Below are positions 1 to 12,215 of a stretch of 64,000 nucleotides of DNA, piece by piece. The position numbers and the translations under genes were made by a program. The stretch lies in NCBI GenBank assembly GCA_951406725.2, contig OX597831.1, forward strand, positions 55,490,001-55,554,000. The letters are read 5' to 3'. Source of the stretch: Octopus vulgaris (Eukaryota). The first letter of the stretch is position 1, and the number at the start of each line of letters is the position of its first letter. Under the pieces are notes generated by a model, which saw only the letters and a list, made by a program, of their open reading frames with translations, was not told the DNA's origin and searched no databases.

Positions 1-174
1 CAGTGAGAGGTTGAAAATTACCAATATTGATTATATTTTTATATCCTGACTATTCGTCACTTATGATGGTAGTACCCGGTCTTATATTATTTTCTATTAT
101 TGGAAGAACTGTTGTCGCAGATCTGTCAGGGACGATAAACATGAAACACTCTTTTGTTTCTCTACAAATACTTC

Positions 175-1052
175 TGTAGCGGCACAAGCAGTCAGCGCCA
201 TATTGGAAGAGATCTCGCGGCAACCATTGCTATCTGCGAGACTGGAGCGAGACCTCATCTGCATCCATTTGCTATGCGCGAGATCACAACGAAGGAAAAC
301 CCTCATCAAATCGCTCTTTTGGGCGTCACCTCACAGCAGCACTGGCTGAACACCACCACTGGCTGAGGCTTTCTGTATGTATATCTCCAGAGGCAATGTG
401 CCTTCACTAACGGAGCTACGTACACAACGCACACAGCTAAAGATGTGTAACAGGATCTGGAATCGGTATCACTGAAGGGGTGTCCGATCCGATTCCATCA
501 CATTCAATTTAGTTAGATATAACAGACGAAGTCAGGTTATCTGGGAAAGACAGCAAATGTTGTTTATTACTCGTGATGGTGTACATATTTCTGAGGGGAA
601 ACGACAGCCGAATCTTTGTACTGCTTCTTGTTGGTTGATTGACGTGATTCGATGTGGTCCGTTGCTAAGCCGGTGTAGAGTTCTCAGAGACTACCAAATG
701 CACGTCTGTTCACGAGGGCTGAAAGGGCCAGAGAGAGTGAGTGGATGGACTGTGTTTTAGGGGTCAGTTTCCCGCACATGCGCATGGGGAAGACTTCCGG
801 TGGCCACCCGGAAGTAGTCCCATTCTGCGCATGCGCGCTGAACCTTACACAGCAGCATCACTACAGATGTTAGCTGAGGGCAGCACACTACACCTATCCT
901 GTAAATCCTGTAAACAAACCAGTTGTGAAATAGCGTTTGTACTTGAAGTCTTCTCTCTTCGCCTTCCGAAAGCCTGAACTACACGAAGAACAAAAGCTGA
1001 TGAATGGAAACGATATTCTTCCAATATCGTAAATCTTGCCTTCCATTATTAA
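175..1052 (+). mobile_element. Solo LTR (Gypsy-type, same family as 8042-8498) inserted into the Merlin transposase
   Basis: Starts TGTAGCGGCACAAGC as at 8042, and homology continues to ..CTTGCCTTCCATTA. Flanks ACTTC (170-174) and ACCTC (1053-1057) form a 5-bp TSD with one mismatch; removing the insert restores WVFGG-ICRE. Confidence 0.8.
446..865. mobile_element. 420-bp TG...CA insertion (probable solo LTR of a second family) nested in the first LTR
   Basis: Begins TGTAA, ends CTACA, flanked by 4-bp direct repeat GATG (442-445, 866-869). The related LTR at 8042-8498 shows the empty site. Confidence 0.7.
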
Positions 1053-1353
1053 ACCTCCAAAAACCCATTGTTGAAGTAGTTGACGTTCGACACAATTTTT
1101 TTCTTTTAGTGAACCATCTTTTGTCAATTTCAACAGTCATGTTGGGTCCTCCAATCACTCTTGGGATAGCCAAAATGTGTGCAGCACAAACTTCTCTCAA
1201 ATAATTATTCCAGTCAACAACATAATTGGTTTCTCCTCACGTTCACAAAATTTGATACTTGTCATGTTGTGTGCCCGGCAATATATGAAAAGTGCTGCTT
1301 TACATAAAGATATACGTGAATTAGCAAACCAATTATCTGTTGTTAGTTCTTTT

Positions 1354-1757
1354 GGGTCTTTTTGGTTTGAACGGCAGTTTTTAAAAATAATTTCCACGTA
1401 ACTAAACACTTTTAAATTTCGTATACTGGTAGAATGTGTTTATAAAACATCTTTTTCTCTTGGCTTTATTGAGAAAATTCTATAGTTTGTAAGATATTTG
1501 TTGTTTTTTTTTCTTCCATTTCAACCAATCAATGACGTCTATTGAGGTAAAAAAACATTCTGTGCCGTATGAATATGTCCCTCGTTTAAGAAACAGATTG
1601 GGTTTATTTACATTTGTGAAGAAAAAAAAGATACCCTTCCCCCCACCCCTAACCCTAAAACATTGAAATGCAATAGATCGATACTAGGGTCATAATTATG
1701 GGTGACAATTTCATATGACACCGCTAGAAAAAACTGCCGTTCAAACCGAAAAGATCC
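1354..1757. mobile_element. MITE (probable non-autonomous Merlin), copy 1
   Basis: TIR GG(A/G)TCTTTT(C/T)GGTTTGAACGGCAGTTTTT at both ends; 8-bp TSD GTTCTTTT (1346-1353, 1758-1765); near-identical copies at 13849 and 18985. Confidence 0.85.
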
Positions 1758-2149
1758 GTTCTTTTTCTTGTCTGCATCCACGAATTCTACACCGCCATCT
1801 ATTTTGACTTCCAACTGAGAAATTCATAAAATGACCGTTGTTGCATTGTCTTTCTAGGTGAAGAATTCCTTTTTCTTGAAAAAAAGAAAGATTGGATGTT
1901 TTATCTTTGGAAATTTTGCTTAGACGTAAAAGATTCATAACGTACAGGAAATCAATCAGGCAAAAAAACAAGACGAAACAAAATCGTTGAGTTGACGGAA
2001 GAGTGGTGGGAGGGGAGATAACCCAACTTTTTAGTGGAGAGATAACCCCATTTTTAATGACAATTTTTTAATGAGGGTAAGGTAACCAAAAAGTACCAAA
2101 GAACCTTCTTGGTTTAATGGTACAGAACGTTCTTCTGCTACTCTTTTAT

Positions 2150-2343
2150 TCTTTTACTTGTTTCAGTCGTTTGACTGTGGCCATACTGGAGCGCCGCCCT
2201 TTAGTCGAAGAAATCGACCCTTCGACTTATTCCCTGTAAGCTTGATGCTTCTTCTATCAATCTCTTCAGCCGAACAGTTAAGTTACGGGGATGCAAACAC
2301 ACCAACATCTGTTGTCAAGCGATGGTGGTGGGGGACAAACACA

Positions 2344-2408
<65 letters not shown>

Positions 2409-2800
2409 GGAGGCGCAATCGCCCAGTGGTTAGGGCAGTGGACTCGCGGTTGTAGGATCGCGGTTTCGATTCTCAGATCGGGCGTTGTGAGTGTTTATTG
2501 AGCGAAAACACCTAAAGCTCCTCGAGGCTCTGGCAGGGGGTCGTGGTGATCCCTGCTGTACCCTTTCGCCACAACTTTCTCTCACTCTTCTTCTGTTGGC
2601 CTGCTCGTTTAGCCAGCGGGGAGGCGTCATTTGAAGGCTAAAACAATGCATTGTGACCATCGATGTGTAGTAACATCTGATAGCCTGATCGGTCACGGTG
2701 ATATATATATATATATATGACGGTCTTCTTTCAGTTTCCGCTTATGAAATCTACTCACGAGGCTTTGGGCTGACCAAAGCTATCGTAGAAGACACTCTTT
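2150..2800. mobile_element. tRNA-derived SINE (minus) containing a (CA)n tract and a nested second SINE (2409-2700, plus)
   Basis: Matches the SINE body repeated at 18330, 32185 and 61465. The inner element has a tRNA-like A/B-box head (CCCAGTGGTTAGG..GGTTTCGATTC) also seen at 40066. Confidence 0.7.
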
Positions 2801-3324
2801 AATGTATAGAGTTGAATTTCGTGTAGCCACCTGTTGGCAACTTTTCTTTTCCACCCATTTTGTTGGGCGTATTGCCCATTTTTCTAGTCTCTTTTCACAG
2901 CTATACCCCGTTCGAAATTTGCATTAATTTTTGCTTGAAAAAAAAAGGAGTGAGGCGGGGAGCTTGTTTGTAGTTTGTAGAGGAAACATTAAACGTGCCT
3001 GAGAAAAAAAACCCTGATCTAGTGCAATATACAATGAAAAGAAATGAGAGCATCTCAATCTAATAAGACTTTTTTTATCTGGGCAATAAATCCTTCGCGC
3101 TTTCCAAATTATCCAGACTCAACCCAACTTCTCGACATTTATCTTGAAAGTTTATGAAGATATCTATTCCTTGTGTTCTACCCGTAAGAGTGCCCAAAGC
3201 CAGTAATTCTTGTAGTATGTAAAAATCTTCTGTTATGGCACGTATGAAATATAAAACTTACTATCAGTCATTACTATCAGTTGATTCATCCAAAACGATT
3301 GAATAATATAGTGATATGGAGGTC

Positions 3325-4345
3325 AGTTGAGAAACAGAGTGCTTGTGGCCTGGTTTCGTGGTTTGGCGCCAGGTAAACGGTTAAAGCCTTTGTCCTGTCG
3401 GTTTCTGGAGAGATTAATGGGTTTGGAAGAGACATCTGACCCTTTTCCGGTCAGGGAAAGTTTAAGAAACCACCCTTTAAAATGCGACCAGCTGGGTTTG
3501 TTTGGCAGTTCTGCCTGAGACAGGGAGATGGCAACAGGGCAGTTTGGCAGTTCTGCCTGAGACAAAGAATTGGCAACTGGGCAGCTGGGCAGCTGGCAAA
3601 AGATAGCAGCCAAGAAGGTGGCGATGGCGAGAGGCAACGACAACGTTGAGAAAGACAGATAGTGAATGTGAGAGATGACATGCGAGAGGTAGAGAAATAC
3701 AGACAGATAGCATTGGGAACATGTAGAGCGAAAGAGAGAGATTACGGCGTGAAGGCATTGGCCATTGTAGTAGGGGCTCGTAACGGTATGTTTGTTTATG
3801 TAAATTGTGAACTGTGTTGCAAAAAAAGAACATTGTGAAAAGAGTTGTTGAAGAGGAAGAAAAGAATTGTTAAAAAAGAAAGAACTGTGTTAAAGAGAAA
3901 AAGAACAGAAAGAGATTATAAAGAACATTGTGTTAAGGAAAGAGAAAGACTTTGATTTGAACTGTTTTGCGCTGAACATTTGTTTGGATTGCTTCGGACG
4001 TTCTGTATCGTGCATGCCTTTGATTGTTTTCGAACGACGTGGTATGTTTAAATGATTTTGTTGTTTTCTTTTTAATTCTGTTGCATGTTATTTTCTTTAA
4101 TGTATCTGCTATGTTTTACGTTTTATTTGATGTCGTAATAATTGTTATAAACTGTTGTTAAACGTAAGCTATTGCCTTCCGGCTGTTGTTGTTGTTATAT
4201 CCAGTCGCAGGTTCGAGTTCGCTGCCATCCCCCCACCACAGTTCTCTCTGTGGTGGATTCCCGGTTCGACTGAGCCTGGTCAATCGTCGTCGCTCGACTT
4301 AGTAGGGTCCCAGGTTCGAGTTTGAGTGACGGCAGGTTCGTAACA
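3325..4345. repeat. Probable LTR/repeat remnant with short internal tandem repeats
   Basis: Repeated GTTTGGCAGTTCTGCCTGAGACA and GGCAGCTG units; ends ..GGTTCGTAACA; no TSD found. Confidence 0.3.
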
Positions 4346-4871
4346 ATGCATTTTCCTTTTGAAGTATAGTGTGAAGTTGTTCTGTTACATTGAGAGCTAA
4401 TTCATGCTTCCAATCAGTTATGGTTCTCCTTGAAAGAGGTTATTGTTTTTACTTCGAAACCTTATCGGGTTCTAAGCATCCAGCAACTTCAACAATTCTC
4501 TCTTTCGCAATTTCCAAATCGCTGAAAGGTTTACCTCCTCCCCCGCCCCCAGTACATAAACAACTTTATAAGTTGTTTCTGTGATTTTTTTTGCAGATTT
4601 CGCTCGAGACCGAAATATCTGTCTTTGCTTTTGTTACTCTTTCAATTTTTGAGTTTTTCGAAAAACAAAATATGAGCATATACGTAGAAAAATTTCCTGA
4701 ATCGATTGGAGCAAGTTTGAATTCTCTAGCTTGAAAAATACAAATTCTAGCAGTTTTGAGTGTACCTTTTTAAGGAGTTCTCAGTTAAAAATGGTGTCAA
4801 AAAATAGCTCAAAATGAGAAAATTATTTTGCAGACTGAATCGCCTCAAAAATCGAACGGGAAGTGCTCTTA

Positions 4872-5263
4872 ATCTATATTTATAAAGCTGAAGTTGTCTG
4901 TGTGTAGCAGGTTTGGTAGCCTTCAACTAACACTATCTCCTCCGAGACCCTACGGCGCAAGTTGACCAAAATTGAAAGTATGATAGAAGAAGGCTTGTTT
5001 TTCATTCCTTAGTAGATAAAATTCAAATCGGACCATGTTAATACCAAAAATTATTTACATCAAAAAGGTGCTTTTTTTCTATGAAAATCCCTATTTTTTA
5101 CGATTTTTTGACTGCTGTGTCGCCATTTTTCGGTGTCTTTCAACCAGAAAAATGTTCACTTAAAGAGAATAACAAGCTACATAATGCAAATTTTTTACTT
5201 TTCAAAAATTCCTATTCTAAAGGGTCGAAACAAACACGAGCAACGCCGGGCGATACTGCTAGT
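4872..5263 (+). mobile_element. Non-autonomous Helitron-like element
   Basis: 5' TCTATAT start; 3' GC-rich motif GAGCAACGCCGGG followed by CTAGT; same ends at 56750-57131. Confidence 0.6.
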
Positions 5264-5583
5264 TTATATGTATTATACAAAAAATTTCACGTAAACCCGA
5301 AGTCTCTACCTTTAAAAACAAGGAGTTACATCCTTTTTACTTGTGTGATTATTTGCTACCCTGGTAACTATTTATCTATTTTTTCTTGTTAATTGTTAAC
5401 AGGGGAAAATACACACATCTATCTATACATTTTAATATATTTATATGTGCTTATGTATATTTATGTATATGTGTGATTAGGCAAGTAGCTACGGGGAGGG
5501 GGGCTATGGAGTGCTCAGCACCTTCAATTGTCGCCAATTTTCTCATAAACGAATTAAGGAGTGGGTGATACTGGATCAGTTAA

Positions 5584-5812
5584 GGCGGCGAGCTGGCAGA
5601 AACGTTAGCATGCCGGGCGAATGCATAGCCGTATTTCGTCTGCCGTTACGTTCTGAGTTCAAATTCTGCCGAGGTCGACTTTGCCTTTCATCCCTTCGGG
5701 GTCGATTAAATAAGTATCAGTTACGCACTGGGATCGATATAATCAACTTAATCCATTTGTCTGTCCTTGTTTGTCCTCTCTGTGTTTAGCCCATAGTGGG
5801 TAGTAAAGAAAT
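5584..5812 (+). mobile_element. SINE-like repeat (GGCGGCGAGCTGGCAGAA family)
   Basis: Similar copies at about 23805-24030 (-), 38785-39010, 43103-43325 and 44166-44395. Confidence 0.7.
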
Positions 5813-6486
5813 AGATACTGGATCAGTTGTTGTTATTGCTGTTGTTGTGGCGCCCGTGGTGGCGACGGCGGTGCTGGTGATTGTCCTTGTTGCTGTTGAA
5901 AAGTATGTGAAGAATTGTTGCTGTAGTTAGAGATTTATGGTAGTAAACGCATCACTGCACACGTATCTATATGAACAGAGACGGACATTAAAAAGTCATT
6001 TTATTTCCACTCGTCAGAGAGAGATTATTATTCGCGAAAAAGGAAAGACAATTCTTGAAATTTCCCAAAATATACATTCAGAAAGTATTTTTCAGGCGAG
6101 AACTTTCGCTGAATATTTTTTCTTACTTTTTGAACAAAGTTTATACTGAAATTATTTTGTGTTTAACTGAAAAAACATAATTTCGAAGAAGTTTTTTTTT
6201 TAAATTGCTTGAATCGTAATCTCTTTCGAGTTTAGTTTTAAAATACATAAATTTTAAGAAATTGTTACTCTTACTACGATATTCTACCTTAGAATTAATT
6301 ATTGCGAATATCGGTGTCCAAAACTAATGAATCACTTCCGAAGCAAACATTGCTGAATTTCCAATCTGATTCATCTAATAATGCTAAGCAGAAGAGAATT
6401 GCAAACGAAGTTTCGCGGCTCAAGGGAGGTCTTGCAAAGTCTTTGACACCCTAATTGGATGACTAGGACAGGTCGACTGCCAACCA

Positions 6487-7105
6487 GTGCAGCTAGTTCT
6501 AGCAAAGTTTGATCCCAACATTTATGGAAATCAGAGACGTGACTTCTCGTCAAGCTGGTATACTGGTCGTTTATGGTTAGAGTATTCTCTTTCAAAGAAA
6601 GCCTTGTTTTATTTTGCTTGTCGGCACTTTAATACTTTTGCTCAAGCTGATACTTGTTTTATTAAAAATGGATATTCTAATTGGCATCATGTAAAAGAAA
6701 AAAAAAAACAAAGGTTTAAATAAGCACGCAAACTCTGCATCCCTTGTCCAAGCTATGGTAACATGGAAGGAACGCCAACAGCGTTTATCCACAACATCCG
6801 TGTCTTCAATCTTGCAAAATGACCAGTTGAGCAAAAACCGTTATTATATCAGTTCCATTGTTGATATTGTTAATTTTTTTTTTTTGTGCAAACGAATTGC
6901 CTTTTCGAGGAAACGAAAATGAAGCTTTTCAGGATCTTTATTCGGAAGTCTTTTTATAAAATTATTCCAGTACACATTAGGGAAGGATTCAAAGCTAATG
7001 GAATGTTAGAGCACAATTCCCAAAATGCGAGCTACACCTCAGTAGTAATGCAAAACGAAATCATCGAATTGTTGAGAAGACACACTGTCAGCCTCGTGGT
7101 CGATG
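6487..7105 (+). mobile_element. hAT-type transposase remnant (TTF zinc finger / DUF4371-like region)
   Basis: RDFSSSWY..WLEYS..ALFYFACRHF..GYSNW, then NELPFRG and NASYTS..QNEIIELL across frameshifts and stops. Confidence 0.7.
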
Positions 7106-7379
7106 TTTATTTGAAATTATATAAAAATAAAGTTTAAAGATTTGGCTGTTATCTCTAGCATGTAGAAAGACCTTTTAGGCGTAACTATGTGCTTGTTGAA
7201 AATCATATAAAAAAATATTGGAGTCGATACATTCGACTAAAAATTCTTCGAGGTGATGCCCCAGCAAGTAAAATGAAAATAAAAACGAAATATATCAGAA
7301 GTTTTGACCAGGTTAGGTGTCAAGAAATGTGGGGAAAAAACCCCGAAAAATATAAGCATGGGGCTTTTGTCCACTTTCA

Positions 7380-8498
7380 CACTATTCCCTCTCACGTCCC
7401 TCCGGATATTGATAAATGGACTCATGTTTTTGTTCGGGATGATTCTGTCAGAGGACCTCTCGTTTCTCCTTATAAGGGACCATTTCGTGTTCTATCGCAC
7501 ACACCCAAAACTTTTAGTCTCGACATTAATGGTCGAGCAGAGACCGTGTCGGTCGACAAACTTAATAGAGCATATTTTGAGGTGTCCACACCCTTCGATG
7601 ACACCCCAAACACGCCCTCTTTTGATCCTTTACAACCACCTACACATCCACCTGCACATGCACCTTTGACCACACCATCACCTACACTTACACCTTCGTC
7701 GCCACTGCCTAACACGAACAAACCCTATGTCACCAGGACTGGCCGCACTGTGCATTGGCCTAAAAAACTCACTAAAACTATTTATGTCTGACAATCTCTT
7801 TTGTGTTTCCTGTGACAGACAATTACTTTCTTGTGTTATTGAACAGTTCCAATACTCTGCCATGTAACATTTTGTCAAATTTTGTGCATGCCAATTTATA
7901 TTTCTTGCAATTATTTTTCTATTTGACTTGTTACGTTTTTGTACGATATCTTGTTGGTTTCGATCAGTTACCATCTTTGCTATTTCTTGTGCCTGCTCCA
8001 ATTGTTCTGTTTTCGCACTGCCGCACTCAGAGGGGAGTCCTTGTAGCGGCACAAGCAGTCAGCGCCATATTGGATGAAATCTCGCGGCAGCCATTGCCAT
8101 CTCCGAGACTGGAGCGAGACCTCACCTGCATCCATTTGCTATGCGCGAGATCACAACGAGGTTCGCGATGGCAAACTGTATATAAGGGCCAAAGAGAAAC
8201 AGATTCATTCTCTCCGCTTCTTCGCAGCAGCGTTTACTGGGCCTGTCTGCATGTTGTACCTCCAGAGGCAATGTGTCCGCACTAACGGAGATACAACACA
8301 AGGCACACAGCTTGAGATGGTTGCTGAGAGCAACACACTTCACCTATTCTGTGGCACTTATAAATTAACCGGTTGTAAATTGCATTTGTACTTAAAGACA
8401 TCTTTCTTCGCCTGCCGGAGCCTGAACTACACGAAGAACAAGATATAATGGGGGAAGGCGATATTCTCCCGATATCGTAAACCTTGCCTTCCATTATA
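7380..8498 (+). mobile_element. 3' end of a Ty3/Gypsy LTR retrotransposon: integrase C-terminus, PPT and 3' LTR (8042-8498)
   Basis: HVFVRDDSVRGPLVSPYKGPFRVL..TVSVDKL is a GPY/F integrase module; polypurine tract AGAGGGGAG (8029-8037) lies just before TGTAG at 8042. Confidence 0.85.
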
Positions 8499-8684
8499 GC
8501 TTTTTTTGAAAGGGGGATTTGTATTTGGGGAATTTAACGTTTCTAATTAAATTAATCATATCCGCATCAATTTTTTCGAGATGGAGGTTGTGTGGAGGGT
8601 TCTTTTATGATTTGAACTTGTAGCTGTTGGTATTTTCAGTTAAGCACTTATCTCACGTAAAGATTCAGTAATGGATATATATAT

Positions 8685-8698
8685 GTGTGTGTGTGTGT

Positions 8699-8741
<43 letters not shown>
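8685..8741. repeat. (GT)n microsatellite
   Basis: Seen directly. Confidence 0.95.
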
Positions 8742-8744
<3 letters not shown>

Positions 8745-9253
8745 AATGGAACACTAGCACACACACCCAACACACCACAGCATATGACAGAATAAGATCC
8801 CCATAAACTGATAACAATATAAACAAAACTAAAATCATCATAAAATACACAGATAAACAAATGGAAGTAAATAACTATATACATTAACAAAATTTTTTTA
8901 AAAATTAATTAAATACAAAAAAAATAATAATAATAAGTAGGTGTAAACACATGAACAAAATAGACAAAAACAAATTACACGAACGTGTATAAACAGGAGA
9001 TACAAATATTACAGGCATTTCTCACACACACATACTAACTAAACATAGACACACATAGGGGTATATGCATGCGCAAATAAAGACACATACAATAGGAATA
9101 CAAATGGCTGACCGTTAGTAAGGAGAGACACACAAATAAGAAAGAAGAAAGCAAAGTACCACTGAATGAGGTCACAGAAGTGTGACGAAAGAACTCTGGC
9201 CGAAATGAGATTAAGATTGATGTAAAAATAAAGCTGAAGCAAATTAACACCAA

Positions 9254-9255
<2 letters not shown>

Positions 9256-9284
<29 letters not shown>

Positions 9285-9332
9285 TGTATGTATGTATGTA
9301 TGTATGTATGTATGTATGTATGTATGTATGTA
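9256..9332. repeat. (TATG)n microsatellite
   Basis: Seen directly. Confidence 0.95.
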
Positions 9333-9537
9333 TATGCATATGCAGAACTTGTTATTTTCCGGTATTACCTTCCTTTCCTCACTGTTAATACATTGCTCAC
9401 TTCCTATGTTCAAACAATCCTTCACATTTCCTCTTTTCTTTTCACTGCACACTTTCCCATTTTTTTGTATTTTCCTGTTTCTGAAAATACAAAAACACTG
9501 CACATATACATACACAAATACCACACACACACACACA

Positions 9538-10828
9538 CAGGGTGGGGGGGCAACATTTACAATATTTTGAGGCAGGGATTGAAAGACAATGTATGACAAA
9601 TTAGTTTATTGAAAGTCATGAGAATTTATTTGCCACAAGAAAATTTACATCATAGAAAATGTTTTTATTCTATGTGTCCTGCTTCTTTCTCAATAACTGC
9701 CTTCACACGCTTCCTGAAACTTGCACAAGTGTTCCTCAAATATTCGGGAGACAACTTCCCCCATTCTTCTTTAATAGCATCTTTAAGAGAGTCGACATTG
9801 CTGTGTGATATTTTATTGGTAGCATGTTCTAAAACGCCCCAAATAGCATAATCCAGAGGGTTTAGATCTGGGCTAGAAAGTGGCCATAAACATGATTCCA
9901 AAAAATTGCTAAAGCTGGACTTACAGAAATCTTGTATTTTTCTAGCTGTGTGGGCTGGAGCACCATCCTGTGTCCATGCATAATTACCATCTGGGTAGTT
10001 TGCTCTAAGCCATGGCAATACCTGGCACCTCAGAGTCTTTTAGTAAATATTAACATTGATCTTTTCATCAGCTTTGTAGAATTTTATAGGCATTTTCTTT
10101 CCTTCGGAAGCCACAACATCAAGAGCCTTAACTTGAGCAGGTTGTTTTGTTTTGAATGCCCCTTAACATCAGCAGTCGATTTTGCGATAAATCTGTCATT
10201 TCTGCAGTTCAGAACAGTATCGACAGTGAAGATCTTTTCATCTGAAAAGATCGTTACAATGGAGGACTTTTTCTTGAACCATGTAATAATTTTCTTGCAC
10301 CTTTCCAATCTCTTTTCCTTCATAGCTGTTGTCAACAAGTGTTTTGATGTTCTTGTGTAAGATTTTAACCTCAGATCATATTTTACTGCAATTTTGTAAT
10401 GGTCTTGTTGTCTACCTCAAGTTCAATTGCCATTTTCCTCATGGATTTGGTTGGATCCTTTAGGATTTTGGATTTGAAAGCTTTAATAAAAGCTTTGGTA
10501 CGTTTTTTGTTGATTCCTCCACTTCCAAACTTCTTCGTAATAGTTTTGCTCATAGTCATTCTATTCTTTATATTATAAATAGTCTTTGTGGACACTCCAC
10601 CTATTCTTGAAATCTCCTTTGGTGTGACGAGTGCATTCAGCAAATCACACACTCTTTGACCTTTGCTTTCCTGATTACTCATATGGACAAAAGTTTATGA
10701 AAAGGTAAGGATAATAGTGTTAGGTATGATTATGACATCAATATATGCTAGGTTTCAAAACAATTGACTTCGTGCCTGCTGAGAAAAAACAACTTAACGT
10801 TCATTGTAAATTTTGCTTCCCCACCCTG
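9538..10828 (-). mobile_element. Tc1/mariner DD37D (maT-type) transposon with both TIRs and a frameshifted transposase
   Basis: TIRs CAGGGTGGGG..GCAA.ATTTACAAT at both ends. ORF pieces 10682-10383, 10338-10084 (IFSDEKIFTVD) and 10018-9665 (QDGAPAH..SPDLNPLDY); 37 residues separate the 2nd and 3rd catalytic Asp. Confidence 0.9.
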
Positions 10829-11218
10829 ACACATACAGATTTGTGTGTGTGCGTGTGCGTATGAGTGTGAGTATGCATATGTGTGTACATTACGCCTTTC
10901 TGAGTTACTCTTCACATATGAAGATGGTATAGACATAAAGCAAGGATATTATGAAAAGCAAATACATACATATACGCACGTATTCATACATATATGTGCA
11001 CGTATGCACACGACTAGTTTGAAATTGCCTGTGTAAACTCCACGTGCTATATAGTCAAAATATCACCGCAGTGAATATATAGACGGAGTAAATATATAAA
11101 TTTATATAAATAAGGATATCGTTATTTAAAATACCGATCATATCAAGTAGAATAATTAAAATATTTTTTATTAATAAATGTTATTAATACAATGATTTTC
11201 AGACAGTTCAAATGCCAA

Positions 11219-12215
11219 GAGGTGGTTTATGTCGCAGCTGTCTTGCTTCTGACTGGTGTTTTTATAGGGAGTTCATGGTTCAAATTAGTATATGCTTTGA
11301 ATAGAATTTGATTGGTAGAAGATAGTCGAGTGACTGGTCTTAGAAATTTTTGTTGGTTCCCCAATATGTCCGTGTGTTAGTATCAAGTGACAGTATATTT
11401 TGCGCCTAAAAAGAAAGCCGACATGGTTGAGTGAACATGTTTAATCGTAATCTGTCAGGTGGGAGAGTGGACCGGAGTCGTTTATATGTAGTCCGGTGGC
11501 TAAAGTTTAGGTTGTTAGCTGTGTAGGTTCCTCATGATAAGTGGCAGAATTAGTTTTGTGGGTGAATAGTTATTTGTGTATGCACTCTGTTAAAGTTGGT
11601 TTGTACTTTTGTATGAAAGTATTTTCTTTGTTTACCCGTGCTATTCTTTCATTACCTGTGGTATTCGCAGAACATAAGGTAGAATGGGAAGACCTGGAAT
11701 TTGGGGGACTTATTTTTTGCTCATATGTCTACGTGTCCACTCAATGGCATCTGTCTAGAGCTGGGGGTCTCGTATTTGTTGTCAGTGTATGGTCTATTTC
11801 TTAGAGTAAGCTTTGTTTGACCTATATAATCTTCATTACATCCTTGAGATTTGATAGCGTATATCAAATTCCTTGAAGAACATGTGAAGCTATTTTTTAC
11901 GGTGAAAGTCCATCCTGATTTGAATTTGCAAGTAGTGTCTTCAATAAGGCCGCAATTAGGGCGGCCACTCTTTTTAAATGTTGGTGTAGGAATTGTGGAA
12001 GGTAATTTAGCTCGTGTGTGGAATTATTTGAGGGAATTTTAGGAATTTTTTAGCGGAAAACCTACACAAGTTTCTAAGACCAGTCATATAACTATCCTCT
12101 ACCAATCAAATCCTATTCAAAACATATACTAATTTGAGCCATGAACTCCCTATGAAAATAGGGCAAGCTTCAAACACTAGTCAGAAGCAAGACAGCTGCA
12201 ACATAAACCACTTCT
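11219..12215 (-). mobile_element. Truncated Penelope-like retroelement: GIY-YIG endonuclease remnant between inverted terminal repeats
   Basis: Minus strand about 11990-11580 reads FTCSSRNLIYAIKSQGCNEDYIGQTKLTLRNR...RENTFIQKYKP. Arms at about 11219-11362 and 12057-12215 are inverted copies. Confidence 0.8.

Larger units (their letters stand above)
1..2097 (-). mobile_element. Merlin (IS1016/IS1595-like) DNA transposon, degenerate transposase, interrupted by an LTR and a MITE; runs off window start
   Basis: Minus-strand pieces join into one transposase: MNLLRLSK..QCNNGH..WRCR..GC (about 1938-1765), NWFANSRISL..FIYC (about 1340-1230), IGGPNMTVEID..FTKRK..QQWVFGG (about 1165-1053), ICRETKECFMFIVPDRSATTVLPIIENNIRPGTTIISD (about 169-55). 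Candidate terminus GGTACTTTTTGGTTACC ends at 2097. Confidence 0.85.

Noticed and set aside
7189-7380. N-terminal part of the 200-aa ORF as a host gene
   Set aside because: Only the part after about 7380 resembles integrase; the upstream part is unrelated AT-rich sequence that happens to be open, with a non-ATG start.
175-8498. Two related LTRs as the ends of one full-length retrotransposon
   Set aside because: The first LTR has its own TSD inside the Merlin transposase, the two copies are diverged, and the interval holds unrelated elements with no gag or RT.
9162-9215. Hammerhead-like CTGAATGAG-GTCAC..GTGAC-GAAA
   Set aside because: The core has an extra base, and no stem I or stem III could be formed.
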